Below, in pieces: positions 27,400 through 41,196 of a DNA stretch of 64,000 bases. The stretch lies in NCBI GenBank assembly GCA_010093815.1, contig ML996565.1. One strand, given 5' to 3'. A program made the translations under genes and the position numbers. Positions within the stretch are counted from its first letter, which is position 1. Each line of letters starts with the position of its first letter. This DNA comes from Pseudovirgaria hyperparasitica. Lineage: Eukaryota. Below the pieces are notes generated by a model. That model was not told the DNA's origin and made no database searches. It saw only the letters and a program-made list of their open reading frames with translations.

Positions 27400-30300
27400 A
27401 ATCGTGGTTCTCCTAGGGTTCTTCCGACGTATACCGGGGTTCTTCCGGTATATATTAGGCTTCTTCCGGCATATATATACGGGTCTACTAGAACTAGGGG
27501 AGAGGAAGGTATACGAGTATCTATTAGGTAATATCCTTAGAGTACTTATTAAGCTATCGCGTGATATTAGAGGTCCTCGTTATACGGACGAGGGCTTATC
27601 TTAGGGTATAGAGGCTAGAGTACGTCGCGAGGTAGTGGCGTATTATATCTCTCCGGCCGTAGTCCTTATACTAGGGAGATATATCTAGGACGCCTCTCTA
27701 GTAGAGGTAATATAGAAGACCTATAGCGCCTATTTGGGCTTAGAGGAGTATAGATGCTTAGGCCTTTATTAGCCCTTTATATATCTATTTACTTAGTTTC
27801 TTCTAAGGCCCTTAGATCTATTCTAGATACCTATCCTATTAGGAGGCCCACTAGGCTTTAAGTACCTCCCTCTATTTATTCTAGATCCACGACTATATAA
27901 CGCGGCTAAGCTCCTTAGGGCTCTATTAGCTTAGGACGGTATCCGGGTTATTTTAAACCTCCTACGCGGTCTGGCTCGAGTCCGCCTCTATATAGTATTT
28001 ATATTATACTCGAGTTTATTCTATAGTAGAGAGGGCCTAGTAATGCGCGCGGATACGTGTACGTAGTATAGCGAAGGTATATACCCTATCTCCTCTACGT
28101 TCTTATATTTATTATTTAGTAAAGTATATAAGTCTCTATATCTAGTAGAAGTCCTATATACTTATTATGTTTATCTCGCGTTAGAGAAGCGTCGTATTAG
28201 TAGCTTTATATATACTAGAGATAAGGCGGAGTATATGGTTTTATATAGACTTAAGCTTTACCCGCCAAGCTTATATAAGGGCCGTGTACTAGTACTCGTA
28301 TCCGTATATAAAGGCTAGGCGTACTAGGGAGACGTATAGCTGTCTCGCCTTATCCCGGGCTATTCCCTATATAGATACCGTAATCTAGCGTATAGCGGTT
28401 TCTATCTAGAGGGCTCTAGAGACGGCGTGTGCTACCTATGGTCCCTATTTTAGCTTATTATCGATTATAACGCCGAGTGCGCGTATGCTCTATGCTAGTA
28501 GTTCTATAAAGGCGTCGATTTAGGGGCGACGTGCCCCCTCCCTAGTAGCCTATCCTCCATAGTAGTTAATAAAGTATATAAGCTAGTATTTTTTAGGTGC
28601 GAATTTTACTCCATAGCGCTTTATCTACTAGATATATTTCTCGTAGTCTTATTCGAGTTATATATATATTCTACTAGTACTACTATCGACCGCGAGGAGG
28701 TATATATCATCCGTGTATCCGACTACCTCTATATATTCTATTCTCTAAAGGAGGTCTACTATAAAGAAGAGAAAGAGGATTAGGGAGATAGTGCTCCCTT
28801 ACGGGATGCCGTATACCGTCTTCTTATATTTGCTTTAGTATCCGGGGATATATATTTAAGTAGTCCTTTACGCGAGGAAGAACTATATAAATTATATAAT
28901 CCACTTAGGTATTCGCCTTATCCGGAGGTTATAGATAAGTCTTATATAGTTTACCTTATTAAACGCCCCTACTATGTCTAGGGAGAGTAGCGTAACGACT
29001 CGTCCTTATTTCTATGTAGTCTAGATAACCTCGAGGATATGTTAAATAGCTATAATTAGGGAGCTTTCTACCTTCGTCTTCTAGTTTACTAGGAGAAGGC
29101 CGTATACCTATACTACTATACTTATCTTCTTAGTAATCGTGGCTTCTAGTACCTTACTAAGGTAGGAGAGGAGGGCGATCGGCCTCTATCCCTTCGGTAT
29201 ATTTAGACTCTTCCCTAGTTTTAGGAGTATAACCGTGTATATAGTTTAGAAGCTCTATGGGTGGTATCCTATACGGGCGTACGCTCGGAATATATAGCCT
29301 ATAATCGGTAAGGTCGCCTATATAGTCCTCTTAAGGCATCGATTTAGAATTCCGTCTAGCCCGGGCGCTTTATTATTCGGGAGTGTCTTAATAGCGCCGA
29401 GTATATTATCGTCCGTGATTTCCCTAGGGATACTCACGGCTTCCGGGTATTCCGTGCCGTTAATATCTAATAGGTCTACGGGTTCTAGAAGAGGGAATAT
29501 AACCTCTTATAGGATCTCTATTTTCTCGAGGCTTATAGAGTATATCTTTTCTTAATATATAAGGGGGGGTATAAGTGGTATAGGTGTCGGGGAGGCGGTG
29601 CTTTTAGCCTATTTTACTATATACCATAGTCTAGTAGTATTACGTGTATATCTATCTATAACTATATACTACTATTTATGTCGCTTATTACGGAGGACCT
29701 TATCTCGTTATTTTCTCGTCTCTCTCCATTTATCCTACGCTTTAGATATACGGTTATAGTATACGCGTATATATAATCTCCGGACTTCTCGCCTATACTC
29801 TCGCACTTAAGGTATACTTTTCGGGTCTAGGGGTCTATATATTTAGTACGGCACGTGTTTATCTCTTACTCTCTAGTACGCCTATAGGAGTGTATTCACG
29901 GCCTGGTTAATGGCCGGGCCATTAGATACGTCGACTATAGACGGGTCTAGGATCATCGATTCTAGGTCCTTTAGGTACTTTTCCTAGTTAGTATCCTTCT
30001 ATAGCTATCGCCCTCGTTAGTCTTAAGGGGTGGATACGTCTATTATGGTCTCTATATATTTATGGTCGGAGTCTATCTATATAAGGCTTAGGCGGTAGTA
30101 TTAAGTCCTATTATAAATATATCTAGTAGCTAGGGTGAGGTCGAGTATAGATCCGCCCTTATCTTATTTATATTTTCGCTAGGTAATCTATTCTACTAGT
30201 ATAAGAAGGTATAGGAAGCCGTAGTATTAGGTATGTAGTTCTCTAGCTCGAAGCTCTTCGCGGGTGACGGTTAGTCTACCCCACTAGCTATAATAGAGGT

Positions 30301-30690
30301 TAAAGTCTCCTAGAAGGATGTGTTATCCTAGCTCGGTAGTACCCTTAAGCATGTTATCCGCCTAAAGCGATCGGTTCTAATTATATATATTATATATATA
30401 GAGGGGTCCGATATTCGTCTAGAGGTGTAGTATTATCCGGAGGTTATCCCGTTTAGTATATAACCATAATAAGAGTAGAATAGACTTATAGACATGGAAG
30501 AGGACTCTCCTCTCCGGTCCTAGGGGGTATATTATATAATATTCTAGGTGTATTATTGGTTTATTCGTCTAGTAGTATTTATATAGCTCCTATATAGCGA
30601 GTATTATAGCTCCGGTCTCCTCGAGGAGTATCGCCTAGTTCTTATATTTATACTATACGTTTACCTATATAATTAGGAGTGTGTCTTAGT
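27400..30690 (-). pseudogene. LINE ORF2 (APE endonuclease - reverse transcriptase - probable RNase H)
   Basis: GIP*GSTISLILF (GIPQGS.ISP.LF) at ~28812-28775, GYTDD at ~28720-28706, EN-like II*VNV near 30670. Confidence 0.88.
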
Positions 30691-30739
30691 CTCTTATTAG
30701 GTGCTAGGGAATATATAGGCCTATATATTTATTCCTCTA

Positions 30740-32157
30740 AGACGCGACTATTCTCGTGCGGCGGCGGCCTTAGTAATTCCTCGGGGCCGTTCTATTATTA
30801 GCTTTCTTAGGACGGTTTACTATTCCTAACTACTTCCTTATAAGGAGGTAGTCTATAGTAGTAGTATTATAGTAAAGAGAGGAACGGTAGTAGGTCGCAT
30901 CGTTTATAGCTACCTTGCTCCCTTTATCCGGATTAAGTAGATATATTCGGTAATCTATTTACGTTTCGCGTACGTAGCCGACCACGACGGGTACTTGCCG
31001 TTGTAGTTAGAGCACTTCGCCGTGTCCCTATCCCTCTAGCCCTCTTCTTATATCCCGTGGGGGCACTCCTAGGTACTATATTCTTATCAATACTACCTAT
31101 ATCTAGTCTTTTAGAAGCACCGCTATACCGTATATCTATATCCCTAATAGTTAAAGTACTATATTATCGCCTATACTCTATCCCATGGTTCCGCTATAAG
31201 AAGCTCCCCTTCTACTAGGAATCCCTCTTATATAATTTAATACGCGAGCGCGGGGTCCTTAAGCTCTACTATTATAGTAGAGTATGCCTTTAATCTAGTT
31301 TTAATCCCTTATATATTCTTCTACTATGCTCTTACGATCTTAATCCCTAGGTATTTTCGCTTATTTAACTATTCCATCCGCGTAATATCCTCTTCTCTAA
31401 TAACCTATCCGCTTACGGGTATAGAGTATACCTATATCGGGTATATAGCCGCCCTAATAGAGGCGCCTAGAAAGATACTACTAATCGCGTTTAGATTACG
31501 CGAGATGGTCTACTACACAATATTTATTATCGTGGTAAGTACTACTCCTCCTAGCGTGAGTTTGGCGGTAACGATGTTTAACTATATTCCCTTTTATTTA
31601 TTAATCTTACTTACTATGTCCTTTGGGGATACTTACTAGACCTATACTAGGGTGTCCTTATTCTAGATTACGACGCGTATACTATACGCCACGTCGCCGG
31701 TCTAGGGAGCCCGTAGTATAGCCTCTAGTGTTACTACTATTTATACCTATATACTAGGGCGCTTACCTTAAGTGAGTTCCTCCTAGATTCTACGTAGGCT
31801 AGCCTCTATTCGGTCGAGCCTACCCTCCGGTCCTCCTAGTTATATCTTCTTCTCCTTCTCCGTAATTCCCTTTAGATTCTAGATAAGGTCTTAGAATATA
31901 TATAGGAGGGTCTTCTAGCCCTCTCCGGCTTCCTTCTCTATACGTGCTACCTAGTAGTTAATGCGATCTAGGAGGGTTTCCCCTCTTAGGGTCCCCTTTA
32001 TTCCGTCTATCTATAGCGGCGTGCGCCTTTAGGTGTATTCTACGTTTTAGATAGATGTATAGTTACCCTTAGTAATATCGCTATATAGTCTTTTCTATCA
32101 TACCGGTAGGGGTATATCCGGTATATACCGGGGTATATCGGTGCCTAAGGCCGCCAT
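30740..32157 (-). pseudogene. LINE ORF1 (gag-like, zinc knuckles)
   Basis: ATG at 32157-32155. Cys/His knuckle remnants at ~31150-30970 (e.g. KCSNYNGKYPSWSATY = KC.NC.G.H.SW...C). Confidence 0.8.
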
Positions 32158-32440
32158 ATTTATTAGTTAAGGGCTACCCTTAACTAATAAAAGGGGGTTA
32201 GCGTATTAGCATTCTAGTAGCGTAGTCCGTGCCTCTATCTCCGTAAGGATTTTAAGAGGGTATATATATATCTTTACACGGCGATAACGTCTTGGTTTCG
32301 ACGCTATACGTACGTGCGTGTAGTAGTAGTTAGTATACTCGGTGTACTCTATCGATTAAGGTGTGTATCTCGCTGTATTACCCTAAATGGACCAAGTTAG
32401 CCTCTTAGGGATGTAAAAGAAGTTTTTTAAAGTTATAAGT

Positions 32441-34500
32441 TATTAATTATAATATAGAAGCGGTTTAAACGCGACTATAAATACTACTAGTATACGCTTA
32501 AACATTGCCCGTATCTATTATATTACTAAAGTTATATATATAAGTAGGTTATAATAACCGAATACCCTAATAGACGTAAATTACTTATTAATTACCTTCT
32601 TTACTCGTTCTATAGAGGGTATACTAGTAAATATATCCTTTAATCTATATTCTATACACTCTTAATTAATAATATATAAGACTATCTAATTAAATATATA
32701 TTCTAATATACCCTTATATAGTTAATATAGAATATCTAGAGCGACCGCGTGGTATATATTAACTCTAGTAAGTAACTAGGTAAAATTATCTAATAGCTCT
32801 ATCTATCTACTAGAATACTAACTCTTAACTAATTAGTAAATATAATAGCCCTATACTACTAGCGCAAAAGACGTTAATAAAAATAATAAGATACTAGGTA
32901 TACTTATTCTATTATCTACCTTACTACTAGTATACTTACTACTATAGCTATTAGTTATTAACTTATAATATATATAGTAAATCTATTCCTATAACGATAA
33001 GTATATACGGAACTTCTATATACTAGTAATAGCTTCTCGTAGATACTATCGTCTGTTACTAGGGACTATATATATTAGACATGTATACTAATGGGATATA
33101 CCCGTGATAAGCACCTACTCCGGAAAATCTATAATATATAAAGCTAAACGCAGATAGTACATACGCAAGCCGCCATCGGCATATAATACTAATACTCTAG
33201 TACTCTATATAGCCTATAATACTATATAATAATTAGTATAGTTAACGACTCTATCATAGGCAGATATACAGACTAGAACTTTACTTATAACCTAATAGAA
33301 CATAAAGCAATTCACTACCATTTCTAGCTTAACTACTAGTAATAGAGTAAGTAGTAGAAATAATAGTAGACTCCTAGATAAGCGGACGTTTAGTAGTAGA
33401 TTATAAATAGATAGGTAGACTAGCTATACTACTCTATTACTACTATACTACTCTATTACTACTATAGTTAGTAAGGTTTATCTTATCTAAAGATAAAATA
33501 ATAGGGACAATAAAGGCACTATCCAGAATAGTAGCATATATATCCTACTAACTATCTACTATATAGGCTTTACTATACACCCGGTTATCTAAACTAGTAA
33601 ATTATTATATTAGCTTAAATATAAGCTTACTAGTAAATAGTTAGTATCTAAGGAGGAATTCTACTAACGTAAGCGGATCTCTATACTAGTATTTAACTAT
33701 AGTAGTACTAAATATATCGTAGCTACGCTACTAACTTTTGTATAGTATCCCTTTAGAGTAGTATATTAACTACTTATATATAATATTAGATTTTAGTATA
33801 AGAAGGTTAGAGGGTATAGTAGAAGTCTATTTAAGGATAGTAGTTAATTTATCGTATACTATATTTGAAATACTAAACTAATTTATCTATATTATAAGGC
33901 GCTCTATAAACTTACTATTAAATTAACCGAATTAGGCCTACTAAATTAGTTACTACTATAATAATAGACTATATATACTTACGCTAGACGGATTATTATA
34001 TCTACTCTAGTCTACTAGAATATATATACTACTCTCTTCTTCGAATATTTTTATTAAATATATAGTACTAGACGCTCTTATTACTATAGTTATAGTATTT
34101 CTACTATATATATTAGACTAATATACTAAATTAGTACTATGGCTACTAGTAACGCCCTCTATAGATTCTAGGTCTAAAATATAATTAGAGAATATAGTAG
34201 TATCTTTATATAGGGCCATATTAGTAGTAGAAGTATCTAATTCTATAGACTTAGACTTCTAATTAATACTCGGTAGCTAAATACTAATAGAGTAAACTAA
34301 AGAGTTCTATTAACTAATATAACTACGAGTACTAAAGCCGCGCTATAACCCGGTTAATAGTAGTAGCTATAGGCCTAATAGTTATAATAATAATAGTAAT
34401 ATAGTAAGCTATGCTTATCTATATAGTTCCAAGTTATAGTACCTACGGATTATATAGTATATACTACTAATCTTTCTACTATAGTATTAGTAGGAGACTA
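32441..34500 (-). pseudogene. Plavaka-type transposase, N-terminal/catalytic part
   Basis: NRVYSKA...**D, IVPIILSLDKINLT (PIILSSDKT.LT), LVYLSI.NL, YADGGLR..., IDFPE*VLITG (ADFPEQ.L.TG), ALDILY*LYKG (PDILHQLHKG). Has a 19-bp internal duplication at ~33426-33463. Upstream limit approximate. Confidence 0.85.
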
Positions 34501-37500
34501 TAGTCTATAGTATCTTAAGGTATAGTTACTATAAAGAAAAAATACTATAGTATAATCATTAGTAGATAGTAATAATATAGTATATGGTAGATATTCTAGG
34601 CGTATACTAAAAGAAGTTAGGTGTAAGCCCGTTAAAAGCCCGATATATACCTACTAGCCTCTAACTTCTACCCGGCTCTTAGCCCCTTAATTCCTATACA
34701 CGCTTATATAAAATTATTAATAATAACGCGTAAGTATTACGCGTCTATATAAAATACTATATTAGTTTACGCCTAAACCTTTATCATATCTACTAGCTAG
34801 TTATTATTCTACTATCTAATATTATTACCTAGTAGATTACTAATCTATAGCTAATAAAATAATCTACTAATCTCTTATATATCTTCTCTATAGAATCTCT
34901 AATATAGAAGATAGTTAAGAAACTATCTAGCTACTATAGCGGTAATACTAATAGAAGATAATCTAGTAACTATAGTAAACTAAATAGAATAGGTAAACGA
35001 AGATATAATATAATATAGATATATATTAGTATTAATAATAGGGACTTATATAATAGCTATCAATATAAAATATATATATATATATATACCTAGCTTATCT
35101 CGACGTGTTTATTTATCTACTAATAAACTAGTAGTCTAGGTATACCGGTAGTAAATATAGTAGTAACGCTCTATATAGCTTAGACGTTATAGTAACATTC
35201 TACTATAATAGTAACTAGGGATATAATAGCCTTACGTCCTCTTCTCTACTATATTAGCTATCTAGCTTAATAGAAGAAGGTAGAGAAATAGTAGTAGAGA
35301 GGGAACTAACTATCTATAAAAAGAGACGGTTCTATAGAGATAGTCTCTAGCCTTATAAATGAGACTAGTACCTTATAATAATAGAGATTGTAATTACTAT
35401 AACGTTTTTAGACCGGTTACTACTAGTATTTAATTACCTTAATATATAGCTAGATAGTAGCCTAGATAGTTTTAGAATACTAGTATAATTAGCCTAGATA
35501 GCCGCTAGAGATATTAATCTTAGTAGCTACTATCTTAATTATAATTTATAAAATACACCTTCTATCTATATTATTACGCTAGTAAAGGAAGATATAATAG
35601 ACTTCTATTACTAACTCCTCTCTAGAGTTAGATAGATAGTATCTAAATACTAGAACTAGAAGATAGCTAAGAAGAGAAAAGCTAATATAAGTAACCTAAT
35701 ATATAATAACGCGTATATAGAAGTAAAAGTATATTACTTACATCATATTAGACGTATTACTAATTATTAGTATAATACTAGTATAACTTAGAAAATATTT
35801 ATAGGGCTAGTAGTAATTAAGACTCTAAAGTTAGTTCTACTATAGTCCCTAAGATTCCTTAGATTAAAGAAGTACTATAGTAGTATATTCTAACCGATTC
35901 TACTATCTATAATTACTATTATATATATTATAATAAGGCATGCCCTTAATAAATATAGTAGTAGGTAGGTACTAAACTTATTCTTTAGTTACTATAGATT
36001 TGCACGCTCTCTACTAATACTAGGTATATATATATATCTTTATCTAATTACGTACTAAATTATATAGAGGAATAGTAAGCGCTAAGCCTAATATAGTCGA
36101 ACTAGACGCCCTACCATATTAACTATATTTAAAAATCGCTAATAGTATTAGTATTTATAGTACTAATACTAATTAACCTAGATACTATATATATAAACCT
36201 ATATAAAGATAACCTAGATAACTTCTCTAAAGTAGATATAGATAACTTAGATAAGAGCAAGGAGTCTAAGCTATTAGGTAATATAAGTATATACTAAAGT
36301 TATAGAAGCTATATAGATACTAACTACTATAAAAAGGATAAGTTGGATACTCTAAACTAGTTAGATAAGTGCCTTAAATTATCTTATACGCCATTAGATA
36401 TGGGTAAGAGTTCTATACTACTAGTAGTAGCTACGGATAAGATTATACCATCTTAGGTATTAAGTATAGACCCGCTCTAAGTAACCGCGGGAACGGTAAA
36501 TAATAGTATATATACGTGTAGTATGAATAAGTCTATTACTAACTTATTATCCCTAGTTATAGCTACCTTAACTAGTAGTCTATCTACCCCGACTAATACT
36601 TAAATTAAAATAAAGTTAGATGGTGGCGGACGTTCAAGTCGGGTCTTTAACCTATATATAAAGAGTATATACTTTTAAGAGAAGTCGGATATTAGTATAT
36701 AACTAGAGAACTATATAGACTACTATAAGGCTAAATAGATAATATAAGGAGAGAATCAAAATAGTAACTAGAAATATAGAGGGAAGTATCTAGTAGAAAA
36801 AAAGGTTATTAAAGGTAGTTCTAGATAAGAATACCTTTTAATAGATAAAGGATACCGCCTAAAGGTAGAAGAAAGGAAGGTCTACTATATTTTATTATAT
36901 ATATATAGTCGGAGAGAGCTTAGAATAGTACTATTTAATTTAAGTTCCTAGTCTAATTAATTTTAAACCTCTACTCTCTATTATATATTATCTTTCTAGT
37001 ATTAAATTTAAAGACTATAATTAAATATACTAAAGATATAATTTAGAATAATAAGATATATAGAGTTATAGAGATACTTTAGATAAAGATATTACTTTAG
37101 AAAAGAGACTTCTATTAAAATAGATAGAGTATATAGAGTAGATATAAGAATAGAGTAATTGGATAGTAGTATAGCTAGATAGAATAATAGGGTGTATTCT
37201 ATTATAGAACGAATTACTACTAAACCCTTTTAGTAGAAATCTAAGAGTATATATATAAAGGGACGCCAATCTATTTAGCACGTAACCATTTACCACCTAT
37301 TACGCCACCGTCTAACTAAGTTAGCTAAGGTATATATAGATCGAGTTATACCTAGAGCTAAGTCCTAATAATTATCTTCTTTCTTTAGAAAGCTACCCTT
37401 AGCAATCTAGATTATTATCTATCTCTATATTTCTATTCTAAGCCTTATAAGACCTTAGTCGTTCTCTATACTTTATCTTAGATATATATAGATACTAGCT

Positions 37501-37692
37501 AATCTAAGAATTATATAAGCGTTTTTCTAATAAACTAGATTTTATCTATTCTAAATCCTTATATAGATGGAATTACCTAATTAGGCCTAGCGTATTACGT
37601 AATATAATTAGATAAGCCTAGGTAGTATCTATATTAAAATCTTTTCTTAGAAATATTCCTTTCCTTAAAAAACTTCATAACTTATTATAGAG

Positions 37693-38064
37693 TGTGGTGA
37701 GCTATCGCTACGTGTGTCCCTTTTGTAAATGGCTATGTTCCTAGTATAGTAGTCGCGACGAACTCACAAGTATCTCTCCTAGGTATTATGAGTTCTCTTT
37801 GAACGTACGACTTCTTATTAGTTCTCTTTTATAATAGGACGGGTCTATATAATACTCTTAATTAATTCTTTAATAGCTAAGCCTAATAATTAATATCTAT
37901 AGAGGCCCATGAACGTAAGAAAAGGTCGAATAGTCGAATATTAGTAATGGGGAAAGCGCGCCGAGCAGAATGACCAAGGAAAACGCCCTCCTTAAATATA
38001 TAATGAAGCTATATAATCGAGCTAGGGATATATATATATAGGGCTATAGGAGCGGCCTTCTATA
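37693..38064 (-). repeat. 3' LTR of element B
   Basis: Direct repeat of 48760-49131. Confidence 0.95.
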
Positions 38065-38269
38065 TATACCTCCCCGGCCTATAGAACTACTACTCTTAGT
38101 AGTATAGTAACCGTGTAAGAAACCGTGTAAAGAACGCCTAAAAGAAAGACCTTAATACGAATAAAATGCGCCCCTAGTAAACCTCTCGGTGCGGGTAAAC
38201 CTTAGCCCGGATTATTAGTTAAGGGTAGCCCTTAACTAATAATTAGGTAGGTTTCTAGGCGTCTAATCT

Positions 38270-41196
38270 TAGTACTCGAGATCACGAGCCAGCTTCTAAA
38301 GAATTATATCGCTTATCTTAGAGAGGTTAGATTCCTCCTCGTCGGATAGTTCGTTAGGCCTCTTCTATCTATAGAAGTTCTCTTTAACGTTATTTAGGCC
38401 CGCGTTAGACTCGAATTTCTTAAAATTAATTAGCCGCTTAGCGGCCCGCGCCTCGTTAAATTCCTTCTAGAACGACCTATCCCTATAGACTAGCCTTTCC
38501 TACCTTACTATTTTCTTAAAGGTCTCTATAAATACTCTTAAGCCCTCCTTAAACTAGGCGTCTACCTTAGCTTTAAGTTATTAAGGACTTACGTTAAGCC
38601 ACGTAGCTACCTCTTCTTTTACCTTCTAGCTATTCTATCTTTTACGGCTGACTAATACGTTACTAACGGCGTTAAAACTCGGGAGTTAAACTACGGCTAG
38701 GAAGGTAAAAGGAATTGCGCTATATTTATTAGAAAATCCTAACGGAGACGTAGGCCCCGGAGTTAAATTCCTATAAGCTACTACGAGTTATTCCTATGTG
38801 CCCATTTTAGGCACTTCCATTATCATGTGATTAGGGCCAATCGCGACATACCATAGAAGTATCGTACGTCTTCCACCCTTTATAGGACTCTAGGCGCCGT
38901 ATATTATTAGTAGGCTAGAGATACGCACTTTAAGGGACTAGTAGGGGACCGGGACGAAGGGACTAAATCGTTTCTTATCGTCCGTATTATAGATCTTATC
39001 GTTAATAGCTATAATTATACCGTTTCGATTAACCCCCTCGCGGAGCTTGGCCTTTAACCACCATTTATTTAAGAACTTATAGGAGCGGGGAATGATTATA
39101 GTATAGTTATTACTTCGTTCGTCGTCGAGACTAATACTCCCCTAGATTATATTAAACCCGTGTCTATTACTAGGATTAAGGATTCGATTAATAGCGTTAT
39201 CAAGATGCTTAAAACCCGTCTTATCGCCCCTATCCTAGGACTTCGCATAGTACGGGTACGAGATTAGATAGTAGTTAAGATCGGGCCGAAGAGCGATATA
39301 GGTGAGCTAGTAAAGTAGGTATTACCTAATAAACTATTAGATATAGGAGTGGTATATAGTTCGTAGCTAGCCGTAGTTCGATTTCTTATTAAACATGCGC
39401 TAGTAGTACTTATATATATTAAATTCATCCCTCGCGAGTTCTAGAATACTCTTATTAAGTATGGAGATCGTCTTTTTAAGTGGCTCGAAGAGCCCTTTAA
39501 TGTTAATACTTCCGGTACGTTCCCACTTATTAAAGAGTTACCTACCTATTCTACTATCCTCCTTCTAAATCATAAATATAATACTAGTAAGGATGGTTTT
39601 AATATTAATAACTTACTTTGGGGTCTCTAGGGCCTAGTAACAATAGACACCTAATACCTCTATCGGATAAGGTAACCGCACGTACTTCGCGAACTAGATA
39701 TAGCAGTCCTTATAAACTTTAAGGGCCCCCACATTATCTCTAAACTTATATACTATTTTAAGTCTCACTACTAGGTTTAAGTAGAACACGCTAACGAGTA
39801 TATTATTCTTTCTAGCCACGTCTTAGTAATGCTTATAGTAGACTTTATACGGAATAGCCATGTTACCTATCTACGCTTTCTAGCGTACTAGTAGGGCCAT
39901 TCCCTTAATGCTCGTGAAATTCTTCTTTAATAATATAGCTACCTTAAAAGTCTTCGTCACTAAAGGCGCGTATTAATACTTCTTAGGCTTATCCTCTTCC
40001 TCGACTAATGCTATTATCTTAGGGTATAAACTAAGAATAACCGGGGATTATCGTGTAGACGCCCCTAGTAATTACTAAGGGCCGGTAGATAAGGCATGTC
40101 CACGAGTAGGTTTTATCGGCATGGCCGTAATAGATACTAAAGAGGTTCTCGTATAGCCCGGTAAGGGACGTATACTAGTAGTAGTAGGAGGAATACTTAC
40201 TTTAAATAGACGACTAGCTTCGAAGAGACGACGTGCTACTAAACTAGAAGGCGTGCTTTATGGAGGGGACTTTACCATAGGCGTTATCTATACTAGTTTT
40301 AGCGATGGTAAGGTCTAAGGCGGAGGCAATATACTTATCTCTTTAATTTATAGGTAGTATTCAACGGGCCTATAAACTATTCTACTTATCCGTAACTATT
40401 AACTAGCGGGGATAATAAGTCCCGTCTTATTATAGAACGTTAGTTTATTTTATCGGCTAGGGTAGTTCGAGAGTTACTAGAGAGATAGACTATCCTTATT
40501 ACTATCGCTAGCTAGGGCGGTATCGATATTAGAGCTCTAAAGATATACCTTAATTCCCCTTCCCTTCTATCCCTGGCCGATTCGGGACCATAGGGATACG
40601 TTTAACTAGTTCCTTACTCTTACCCATATCCATATTCGTAAGAGCGCTACTAGCTTTTCTATAAAGTTCTATGTTTACTAGAGCTATCCGAGGGCGGATT
40701 AGAGTAACTAGCTATTATTATTAGGGAGGTCTTTTCGCTAGTTTTATAGGATTATATTTTTGGCTTTTAGGATGCGGGAGTTAGTATCTCTTCCACGATA
40801 AATTATCTCATAGACTTCTTTCGGAATAGAGGAGTTAATCTTTACCTTACTATACCCTATTACGGCTCCTACTTCCTAGAAGAGGTTAACTATACTACTT
40901 AAGAGCTATTCTATAAGACTAGTAATATAAAGGAGATTATTAAACGTATCTAGAATATAGTCCTATCACTCTTACGGGTCCTAGATAGTAATAATTCGGT
41001 TAATAGTAGACTTATTTACTTCTATAGCTTCTATAGCCTATCCGTGCGGAGTAGTAGATGGCCTTAATACCACGATAGCTATCGATAGCCCTACTTTAGC
41101 ACTTACGACTCTTAACTAGGACCGCGTCTATCTTATTAGTACTTAACGATCTTATAACTTTTCACGGGTAGGTGTTTTCTTTTTCAGCGGGGCTAT
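38270..41196 (-). pseudogene. Cargo ORF of element B (~975 codons); C-terminal half is a PhyH-like 2OG-Fe(II) dioxygenase
   Basis: Minus-strand translation YIALRPD...LISYPYYAKS..GDKTGFKHLD (HxD at 39207-39199)...I*GSISLDDE..NYTIIIP.SYK...WW...VRISSLLIIYGA(H->Y by RIP, 38901-38899)...GGRRTIL.WY. This matches the HxD...H...R layout of a double-stranded beta-helix dioxygenase. Start inferred from a RIPed ATG. Confidence 0.75.

Larger units (their letters stand above)
27134..32440 (-). mobile_element. Full-length Tad1-like LINE (~5.3 kb), RIP-inactivated
   Basis: 13-bp TSD TATTAATTATAAT (27121-27133, 32441-32453); trinucleotide tail at ~27134-27148; ORF1 with Cys/His knuckles; ORF2 with EN, RT and a probable RNase H-like C-terminal region. 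Confidence 0.92.

Noticed and set aside
33054..33300. Possible solo LTR starting TGTTACTAGGG
   Set aside because: No matching TSD or CA end; the minus strand is in-frame Plavaka coding sequence (ADGGLR, DFPE, TG..., VP).
2150..37290. Starship element
   Set aside because: I could not find a tyrosine-recombinase captain or Starship termini; the recognisable mobiliser is Plavaka-like.
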